Below are positions 9,663-17,403 of a stretch of DNA of 39,736 bases, piece after piece. The stretch is from positions 1 through 39,736 of the forward strand of contig JBHLSH010000029.1 in assembly GCA_048881705.1 (NCBI GenBank). The letters run 5' to 3'. The stretch is from Candidatus Heimdallarchaeota archaeon (GTDB taxonomy: Archaea > Asgardarchaeota > Heimdallarchaeia > Hodarchaeales > Hodarchaeaceae). Positions within the stretch are counted from its first letter, which is position 1, and every line of letters starts with the position of its first letter. The position numbers and the translations under genes were made by a program. Below the pieces are notes generated by a model, which worked only from the letters and a program-made list of their open reading frames with translations, had not been told where the DNA came from and ran no database searches.

Positions 9663-10391
9663 TTATTTGGGAGCTTGAAAGGGAACTAAATCCAAAATAT
9701 TAAGCTCAAATCTCTCTATCGGATCAAAATGACACCGTACCGGGTACACCATTACTCCAGCACCAATGGCGCTAAGTAATGCAGTAGAAAATCTAGGGTC
9801 CATTAGATTATTAGGTTGAAATGCTGTCGCGTCACTGCGCTTAATAAAAAAGACCACTGCCGCTTCATAACCATCTTCAAGAGCACTCTCCAGTTCATGG
9901 ATATGCCTGGTACCTCGTGCAGTCGGAGCATCAGGGAATAGAGCCAGATTATCCTCGACCAAAGTGACTCCCTTAATCTCGATCAAAGTTTTCCTTCCAT
10001 TCGGGTTCTCCATCAGAAAATCAAAACGACTATTTCGATAGGTGAATTCAGAGCGAATTATCTTATAGCCCTCTAAACCAGGAATAACCCTAAAATCTTC
10101 TCGGAACAATCTATTGGGGATCTGAGAATCCACATTTACCCAGATATCATGATAACGTACTCCAACTAATGAATATCTAGTTTTACGGTGAGGACTATTA
10201 CTTTCTCTTAGGATCACCTGTGCATTTGGCAAAAATAACTCCTTTAATCGTCCTGGATCAGGTACATGCGTCTCTACTACTGATTTTTCACGACCTCCCT
10301 CAATTGTTCCGTCATCCAATCTAACCCGCGCTAAAAATCGATTTGGTCGTTCAATGAATCTTGCATGAAAATATGAACCGCTCAATCTCAT
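9663..10391 (-). CDS. sfsA: SfsA-family DNA/RNA nuclease
   Basis: ARFIERPNRF, HVPDPGRLKEL, SRFDF, EIKGVTL, FPDAPTARGTRHIHEL. Start placed at the ATG at 10391 (MRLSGSY) instead of 10529. Confidence 0.93.
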   Translation of the reverse strand: MRLSGSYFHARFIERPNRFLARVRLDDGTIEGGREKSVVETHVPDPGRLKELFLPNAQVILRESNSPHRKTRYSLVGVRYHDIWVNVDSQIPNRLFREDFRVIPGLEGYKIIRSEFTYRNSRFDFLMENPNGRKTLIEIKGVTLVEDNLALFPDAPTARGTRHIHELESALEDGYEAAVVFFIKRSDATAFQPNNLMDPRFSTALLSAIGAGVMVYPVRCHFDPIERFELNILDLVPFQAPK

Positions 10392-10639
10392 AATTAACCC
10401 AATGTTTCGATTTAACCTACTATCATGGAAACTAAGGTAATACTTCGTATTTTGGTCTAATTGGGAGTTGATGAGATAAAAACGGAAAAAAAGATAAAAA
10501 TATAAGAGATGCCAACCAACTATGTACAATCAAGCAGGAAACTCAGGATATACTATCGAAGCACATACGTGATGCAACTTAGGTATTCGCAAAGATAATT
10601 TCCATTATAAACCAGAAAAAAAGTATGGAGGCGCTCTAG

Positions 10640-11245
10640 TTGGGTAAAAAAAGAAATGGCGACCCGAAATCACTTGATCCTGAGGTTCTTGGCGAATATA
10701 AATCCTTCTTAAGACAGATCGGGGCCCTAGATCAAGACGGGGCGTACGATAAAGCGATAATTTTGGTAATAAAAAAGCTCAAGGAAGCAGAGAGACTAGA
10801 TTTTGTCCAACCAGAGGTGGACCTGAGAAATCACTTGGGAATTCTCCATTGGAAAAACAATGCTTTTGAAACGTTTCTGGAAGAAACTGCATCTGCCTTA
10901 GCTCTAGCCCGTGTTCATAACTATAAACGAGGAGTTGCAGAAGCCCTTCTAAATCTAGCATGGGTTCTTGCTATGGAAAGAAAGGATTTTATTAAGGCCT
11001 TTGATTTCACGGAAGAAGCTCTAGGAATAACTGAAGAGATAGGTTATGTAAAAGGAATGGCTACAAGCATGTACATCATTGCTACGGCCTATAAATATAA
11101 AAAGATGCAAAAAAAGGCCGATTATTATCTCGAAAAGTCTCTTCAGCTGTCTATGAGTCTTGCTGAAGAAACTGACCTTCTTATGCCCACCCAGCTTTCA
11201 GAGGAAGAGAAAGATCAGCTCAAAGGAGCTCTTGATCTGCTCTGA
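10640..11245 (+). CDS. TPR-repeat protein
   Basis: About 40-aa helical repeats such as AEALLNLAWV...AFDFTEEALGI and ATSMYIIATAY...ADYYLEKSLQL. Confidence 0.8.
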   Translation: MGKKRNGDPKSLDPEVLGEYKSFLRQIGALDQDGAYDKAIILVIKKLKEAERLDFVQPEVDLRNHLGILHWKNNAFETFLEETASALALARVHNYKRGVAEALLNLAWVLAMERKDFIKAFDFTEEALGITEEIGYVKGMATSMYIIATAYKYKKMQKKADYYLEKSLQLSMSLAEETDLLMPTQLSEEEKDQLKGALDLL

Positions 11246-11376
11246 ATGAAATGCGACACTTTGGAGCTTTTTTGAAATATCTCCTGCCTTTACAGGCCTT
11301 GAACACGCGAATTATTATTTCTGAGCCAAATCCGTATATGATCTAGCCGCATAGAAACGTTTAAATGTGAAAATAA

Positions 11377-12483
11377 ATGAAAGGAGAATCTTTCTCTCTA
11401 TCTGTAAACGAGAAACGGGTTTTAATTGGAATTTGCAGCCTTCCATACTCATCTGACAGCGAAATTGCGGAAGTTGTAAACACAAAACGCAGCACATTTG
11501 GAAATATAAAAAGGCGGTTGTTTGATGACTTTCAAGCCGTTCAGTCGCTTAACGTTCCCAACTTCCAAGCCCTTGGTGCTGAGCTTTTTATGTTTGGGTT
11601 GACTTTGATGAACCCTATTAAGATTGAGAGTTTGGATAGGCAGGAGATCCTAAGTAGACTTAATGCATTTCCAAATATCATTTACTCTGCCTCGGATTTA
11701 AACGCCGGTTTCGCGTACTTGGTCAGTAAGTCATTTACCGATCTATCTATTGCTCACAATTCGATCGCTAGTTATTATATCGAGGAGCTTTTAACCTATC
11801 CAGAGGACGTACACCGTGCGATCATTCCCTTGGGGAAACCCTACGGAATCATCCGCTTTTTAGAGTTCGGAAGGATTTTACAGAAGGTTTGGGATGTCTC
11901 TATCCATTCTCCCACTGATCTACCTCCGATTTCATCCCCTCTACAAGAAAGTTCACTCCAGATTTCTCCCCTAGGATGGGAAATTCTCAGAAGTTTGTTA
12001 AGACATTCCAGTTTCTCGATTATCGAACATGCCGAGGCTTTGAATCGATCCAGGAACACTATCTCCCGTTGGATAAGCAAATTGACTGGTATTCACCTAT
12101 ATCATCCTCGATTTATCCCGAATCTTCACCTCCTGGGATTTAATCTTCGCGTCTTGGGCTCATTTTCCTTGGAAGGATTAAAACAGATCCAACAGTTAGA
12201 ATTCTTGGAACTAGTCGACACTTTCTTATTGCCCGACTCCCTTTTTCTAAGTTTTAGGGAAATCGTGTTTTCTGCAGTCTACCCTGACTACACGACCTTT
12301 CGTTCCCGCGAGAATCAGCTGTTGACAGCGCTTAGCAAGAGGAATCTCCCTTTGATTGTGAAGTTCAAAATCGAAATGACGCTAGATCGGCTTATCGTAG
12401 CAAAGGATTTTTCATTCTCATCACTAATTGACTACCTTAGGACGCCAAAAGAACAAATTTTGGCATCTTATCAGCGGAACTAA
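11377..12483 (+). CDS. Internally duplicated Lrp/AsnC-like HTH regulator, paralog 1
   Basis: Two HTH units (SDSEIAEVVNTKRSTFGNIKRRL; SIIEHAEALNRSRNTISRWISKL), each followed by an Lrp-like linker (PNFQALG; PNLHLLG). Confidence 0.75.
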   Translation: MKGESFSLSVNEKRVLIGICSLPYSSDSEIAEVVNTKRSTFGNIKRRLFDDFQAVQSLNVPNFQALGAELFMFGLTLMNPIKIESLDRQEILSRLNAFPNIIYSASDLNAGFAYLVSKSFTDLSIAHNSIASYYIEELLTYPEDVHRAIIPLGKPYGIIRFLEFGRILQKVWDVSIHSPTDLPPISSPLQESSLQISPLGWEILRSLLRHSSFSIIEHAEALNRSRNTISRWISKLTGIHLYHPRFIPNLHLLGFNLRVLGSFSLEGLKQIQQLEFLELVDTFLLPDSLFLSFREIVFSAVYPDYTTFRSRENQLLTALSKRNLPLIVKFKIEMTLDRLIVAKDFSFSSLIDYLRTPKEQILASYQRN

Positions 12484-12627
12484 GGAACGAACATTGGCAC
12501 AGGACCCGTTTAATTCATTGAACCTGATGAAAAAATGCGATGAATTGCACTTAGATATATCAGTTAAGCTAGGCCGACTCCAAAGTCCCTCTTCAGCTAA
12601 TAAATCGGCGATAATGAGTGCTGATAG

Positions 12628-13704
12628 ATGAAAGGAGAAAATGTTAACCTTTCACTTAACGAATGCCGTGTAATGACGGGCTTATGTCAATTTCCGACTT
12701 TTTCAGACAGTAAAATAGCCGATATGATCGGAATTAACCATTCTACTTTCGCAACAGTTAAAAAGCGCCTGCAACAAGACGGATTATTTAATAAATATCG
12801 TTTACCAAATTTATCGGCGCTTGGCGTCGAGATATTATCAGTTTTGATAAAAAACCTAAGGAAAAATCCATCAACTGCACCTAATAATCTCTCCAGAATA
12901 GATATATCTTTAAATTCGCCAAATATACTTTTTTCCTTAGCTGAAACAAATTTCTCCTTACTAACTGTCGCGCACCAAAATTTCACAGAACTAGGAGAGT
13001 TTTTATCTAAATACGACCGATTTACTTCTGGTAATCAGCGGATCAATCATGAATCCAAACTCGAAATCCATTTTCCTCTCTTTTTTTCACTGATACCACG
13101 ATTTCTTGACTTTTCTCGTTCTCTTCCAGCACATCTTGGCTTATCGCCGTCCCCAGCTCCATTGAGAACCGTATTCCCCAAGGTAGACTATTCAGAAGTT
13201 AGAATTACGAAACTTGGTTGGCGAATCTTCCGGGCATATCTAGAATTTCCAGAATATACTTCCAAACAAATTGCTCAAATCGTTAATAAACCTCGAACTA
13301 CGGTCTCTCGCTGGCTCCGAGCGTTGACTCAGGCAGATCTCATTTCCCCCATTATCATTCCTAATTTTCAAAAATTGGGCTACCAGTTATTTTTGATTGG
13401 GAATCTTGCCGTAAGATCTTCAAATAAGAAAATTTTTTCTCACGTGTTAAGTATTTGCGATGAGGCGATCCTTCCTGTAGTTCTGATGCAAACGGATCAC
13501 GATGTTTTCTATATATCTCCTTTTTCTACCTTGGAAGATGCTCAAAAGGCCGAATTCGAATTCATTCAAAAAATGAATGACGCCAGGATTGGATTTCGAC
13601 GTGTATTTAGGAGTCTTGTTTCTCTTCCCCATTCTACGTTCACCCTTAAGCTGAATTCCGGATTTCTTGAATTTGCCGATAGTTTAGGGAGATCAACGTT
13701 GTAA
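12628..13704 (+). CDS. Internally duplicated Lrp/AsnC-like HTH regulator, paralog 2
   Basis: Same architecture (SDSKIADMIGINHSTFATVKKRL...PNLSALG; TSKQIAQIVNKPRTTVSRWLRAL...PNFQKLG); aligns by eye with paralog 1 from MKGE onward. Confidence 0.75.
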   Translation: MKGENVNLSLNECRVMTGLCQFPTFSDSKIADMIGINHSTFATVKKRLQQDGLFNKYRLPNLSALGVEILSVLIKNLRKNPSTAPNNLSRIDISLNSPNILFSLAETNFSLLTVAHQNFTELGEFLSKYDRFTSGNQRINHESKLEIHFPLFFSLIPRFLDFSRSLPAHLGLSPSPAPLRTVFPKVDYSEVRITKLGWRIFRAYLEFPEYTSKQIAQIVNKPRTTVSRWLRALTQADLISPIIIPNFQKLGYQLFLIGNLAVRSSNKKIFSHVLSICDEAILPVVLMQTDHDVFYISPFSTLEDAQKAEFEFIQKMNDARIGFRRVFRSLVSLPHSTFTLKLNSGFLEFADSLGRSTL

Positions 13705-13873
13705 TTCAAATCGACTCCATTTCGTCTTTTATATGAATGTTAAAAAAGGAGGGGGTAACAGTTCTGAATAGTTAATAAACCTCGATAATGATGAACATTA
13801 AACGTCTTTTTCCAATGGAATTAGAAGTTATAGCTGGTTCAGACACCTTCAAGGCAAAGGTAGAATTGATACA

Positions 13874-14269
13874 ATGGCAAGAATCCTCCTCGTCGATGAT
13901 GAACGAGACCTAATTCTTATTTATACGAAATTACTGCTTATGGAGGGCCATGATGTCATTGGATCCGCTGCAAATGGTAAGGAGGCTGTTGAAAAATTCG
14001 CCCAATTACCGATAAAGCCTGATATCATTGTGATGGACTATAGGATGCCAGTCCAGGATGGTCTGGTCGCGATGAAAGAAATTTTGAAGAAAAACCCGGA
14101 GGCAAAGGTACTGTTTGTGAGTGCGGAAAAACGGGTAGAGAAGGATGCGCTCGAGGCGGGAGCGATTGGATTTTTCACGAAACCCACAAGCATTCGTACC
14201 CTTCTTGATGAAATTGACCGAATTCAACAATTGCAGATTGAAAAGTTACAGCAAGCACGAACGTATTAA
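13874..14269 (+). CDS. Stand-alone response regulator receiver (CheY-like)
   Basis: LLVDDE, phospho-acceptor in IIVMDYRMP, VSA, and KP motif. Confidence 0.95.
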   Translation: MARILLVDDERDLILIYTKLLLMEGHDVIGSAANGKEAVEKFAQLPIKPDIIVMDYRMPVQDGLVAMKEILKKNPEAKVLFVSAEKRVEKDALEAGAIGFFTKPTSIRTLLDEIDRIQQLQIEKLQQARTY

Positions 14270-14271
14270 GG

Positions 14272-15351
14272 CTAGAAGTACGAAGTAAGGCTCTTAGTGG
14301 GTTTTGTCCATTTTTTTCTTTGATTCCTCATTAGTTCTTCCAATAGATGTGTTTCCCACGATTTTGTTATTTTTTCAGGGAATTCTTTCCGGAGAACCTG
14401 AATCACTTCGGTTAGGCGAGGTTTTGATGAGATATCCTTCCCGAGGAATTCGTAGACGATTTCTAGGATCTGGTAAAAATCAGCGGTTCCAAAGGTCTTA
14501 TACTGGCTCTGAATGCGTGGGGGTTTCCAGGGTTCCAAGATTCTTGATTGAATTAGCTTTTTGTAGTCCGAATTGATCTCATATCCGATTCCTCGTCTTC
14601 CAATCAGCCTACAGACCTTTAAAGTTGTCCCAGATCCCAAAAAAGGGTCTAGGACAGTTTCTCCTCGCACAGAATGCATCCTGATTAACCGATATGGGAT
14701 ATCCTCCGGAAATGGTGCAGAATGCCCAAATTTGTTTTCACCGCGATGATTGATCTTAAATACGGGAGAAATATCATCCCATATACATCGAACGGCCCAG
14801 TGTCGCCATTCTTCTTTCGTCAAAAGGCTTTTCCGCATTGCTGCTTTGTCAACTTTCCTAGTTTTTCCTTGTTTAACCCACACAAAGACTTGTTCAAATC
14901 CCGTGTTGGATGCAATATTGGTGGGTTTAGGGTACGATCCCCAGGAAACATTAGACACATACTCCGCTTTATCCCAATAATGCATGCCTGAGAGGAAGGC
15001 CCCTTGTGCCTGCAGATATTTCTGTATATCAAACATAATATTTTTGATAACTCGACGTCCAAATCCGGACCTATCCCTATTAATAGGAAGAGGTTGTATA
15101 TTGATCGCAATTTTACCATTAGGTTGAAGAACACGCATACATTCGGCCCATACGCGGTTTAAAGAACTAATATAATCCTCATATGCTTGACCAAATCCAA
15201 TTTGGTCACTTCCATAATCTCGTACCGACCAATAGGGTGGAGAAGTCACAACCAAAGTGACCGACTCATCAGGAACATCTTCCATCTTTTCTGCAGATTG
15301 GAAGAAGATGGTCTGGTTCTCGATAACAAATTTTTCCTCTACAGTAATCAT
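14272..15351 (-). CDS. Beta-class amino (N4-C or N6-A) DNA methyltransferase, apparently orphan
   Basis: Catalytic motif VTSPPY near the N-terminus, HSAPFP, then SAM-binding VLDPFLGSGTT, which is the beta motif order. About 80-aa C-terminal extension ending TKSLTSYF. Confidence 0.93.
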   Translation of the reverse strand: MITVEEKFVIENQTIFFQSAEKMEDVPDESVTLVVTSPPYWSVRDYGSDQIGFGQAYEDYISSLNRVWAECMRVLQPNGKIAINIQPLPINRDRSGFGRRVIKNIMFDIQKYLQAQGAFLSGMHYWDKAEYVSNVSWGSYPKPTNIASNTGFEQVFVWVKQGKTRKVDKAAMRKSLLTKEEWRHWAVRCIWDDISPVFKINHRGENKFGHSAPFPEDIPYRLIRMHSVRGETVLDPFLGSGTTLKVCRLIGRRGIGYEINSDYKKLIQSRILEPWKPPRIQSQYKTFGTADFYQILEIVYEFLGKDISSKPRLTEVIQVLRKEFPEKITKSWETHLLEELMRNQRKKWTKPTKSLTSYF

Positions 15352-15417
15352 TACATGAGGACTCCTGTTCTTGGATATGAAAAGGATAATAGAAGGCTTA
15401 TTTTGATTCTAGAAATT

Positions 15418-16299
15418 TCAACTTAAAAAAGCCCTGAGACGCTTTAATAGAGATATATTGACATAATCCCCCTTATCACGGTCTTTTGGAGTTTCAAGAA
15501 TCATAGGAAGCTCTTTGAATCGCCTATTTTGCATTAACTCACGGAAACATTCAATTCCTATTTCTCCCTTTCCGATATGCTCATGATGATCAATGCCCGA
15601 ACCAAGAGAACCCTTGGAATCGTTGAGATGAACTACCTTCACCTTGTTTTTACCAATCTGTGATTCGATTAGGTCGAATACTTCATGTAAACCTTCTGAA
15701 GTGGAAATATCATACCCTGACGAGAAAGCATGAGCAGTGTCAAAACATATTCCCACTTTTTCTGATTTTGTAACCAGATTCAGAATTTTTTCGATATCTT
15801 CTGTTTTAGTCCCCCAAGTTTTCCTTTTTGACGTTGAATTTTCCAGCAGGATCATTTGGTTTTCATCTAGATTTTCTAAAACCTGGTTTAAGGCATTGGC
15901 TACCCGATTTGCGGCAAATCCATTGTCAAGATCTTTTGGGCTACCCAAATGAGTTATTAAATAAAGGCCATTCAAAGAGTCGAGCGATTGGACTTCTTCT
16001 TCCAAAACCTGCAAAGAGCGAAAATAGATTCCGTCATCAGGAGAAGCCAGATTAGGCAGATACGGCATATGAACCGCTAGATCATAGTATCCTGCTTGTG
16101 TAGCCTTCTCAATGAATAATGAAACCGAACTAGGATTAAGTGTGTTTTTCCCCGCAGCCCACCTTCTTGGAGGCCGTGTAAAGATTTGCAGACATTCGCA
16201 AGAACTTTTAATCGCTCTGTCAACGGCTAGGTCGATAGAAAGGGCGATTGATTTATGGGCGCCAATTCGCGGTAGTTCGTAACTGATAGGGGATTTCAC
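15418..16299 (-). CDS. nfo: Endonuclease IV (AP endonuclease)
   Basis: HMPYLPNL, THLGS, LLENS, CFDTAHAF, HLNDS, DHHEHIGKG, ILETP metal-ligand motifs. Confidence 0.96.
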   Translation of the reverse strand: MKSPISYELPRIGAHKSIALSIDLAVDRAIKSSCECLQIFTRPPRRWAAGKNTLNPSSVSLFIEKATQAGYYDLAVHMPYLPNLASPDDGIYFRSLQVLEEEVQSLDSLNGLYLITHLGSPKDLDNGFAANRVANALNQVLENLDENQMILLENSTSKRKTWGTKTEDIEKILNLVTKSEKVGICFDTAHAFSSGYDISTSEGLHEVFDLIESQIGKNKVKVVHLNDSKGSLGSGIDHHEHIGKGEIGIECFRELMQNRRFKELPMILETPKDRDKGDYVNISLLKRLRAFLS

Positions 16300-16442
16300 G
16301 TATCAAAAATCCTTTATTATTTGTGATTTTTTCAGATAAATATTTGAAGGTATGTAAAAGTTTCCTATAAAGAATTAAGCTATGAGGGTCGTTTATCGTT
16401 CCTTCAAACATAGAGCTATTGTAGGTTTTTCGTTGGACTCTA

Positions 16443-17384
16443 ATGCCACTCAATACTTCTAGTTCGTTTCATCAAGGCCATCTTTCGATTATTGTCGCTA
16501 CGTTTGCCGTCTCTACGGCTTCAATAATGATTCGCATTGCTCAATCTTCAGCAATTGTGATTGCTTTTTGGAGAGTAACCCTCTCCGCAGGATTACTTTT
16601 TCCTATTATGTTTAGGAAATCTGTGCGTACTCAGTTTCGGGTGGTTATATCGAATCCGCCAATAATGCTGTGGCAATTTGTGGCCGGCTTTTTTTTGTCT
16701 CTCCACTTTTGGTCATGGTTTCAAAGTGTAAAATATTCTCCTATTGCAGTATCAGTACTTTTGGCCAATTCGTCCCCTATTTGGGTGTTACTCATGTCCA
16801 CTCTATTTTTGAAGAAAAAGATATCCATTCCTCAGCTGGCTGGCGTAATCTTGGGAATTTTGGGAATGTTCATAATAAGTGTTTTACACACACCAGTATA
16901 TTTCGCTGACACATTTAACCAAGGAGTTATTTTGGCCCTAATAGGAGCTTTAATGATAGCTGGGTACTTTTTGGTCGGCCAGGAGGTCAGAATCAAACAA
17001 GTACCTAATATTCCTTGGGTTTTTTTTATCAACCTCTCCTGTAGTGGATTTCTTCTTTTTTATTCGTGGTTACTTGGTGTAAACGTTGCCATATTTCCAT
17101 TAAAAGACTTAATTTGGTTTATTGCATTGGCGATAGGGCCTAGTCTAGCTGGTCATGCCCTCTATATTTATTCAATGAAATTTTTTTCAGCCCAAACTGT
17201 GTCAATAGCGGTAATTGGTGAGGCTGTCGGAGCATCTCTTCTTGCTATCTTCATCTTCGGTGAAAACCTCCCTACATCAACCATTCTCGGTGGTTTGTTG
17301 GTTTTCCTAGCGATTTTCCTCAATATCAAATATGATAAAGGATTTCAAAGCTCAGATGAGAATAGTCTTTATTTGGTTGATTGA
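16443..17384 (+). CDS. EamA/DMT-family transporter
   Basis: About 10 TM helices in two repeats, with motifs such as SPIWV and GEAVGASLLA..IFGE. Confidence 0.92.
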   Translation: MPLNTSSSFHQGHLSIIVATFAVSTASIMIRIAQSSAIVIAFWRVTLSAGLLFPIMFRKSVRTQFRVVISNPPIMLWQFVAGFFLSLHFWSWFQSVKYSPIAVSVLLANSSPIWVLLMSTLFLKKKISIPQLAGVILGILGMFIISVLHTPVYFADTFNQGVILALIGALMIAGYFLVGQEVRIKQVPNIPWVFFINLSCSGFLLFYSWLLGVNVAIFPLKDLIWFIALAIGPSLAGHALYIYSMKFFSAQTVSIAVIGEAVGASLLAIFIFGENLPTSTILGGLLVFLAIFLNIKYDKGFQSSDENSLYLVD

Positions 17385-17403
17385 GTGCTGGAGTTGAATC
17401 GGC

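Noticed and set aside
10392-10529. 46-aa N-terminal extension of SfsA in the ORF track
   Set aside because: AT-rich, promoter-like sequence; family similarity begins only after MRLSG.
9663-15351. SfsA (or the ERCC4 protein) as the cognate restriction enzyme of the methyltransferase
   Set aside because: Both are conserved non-R-M families and are several kb away from the methyltransferase.
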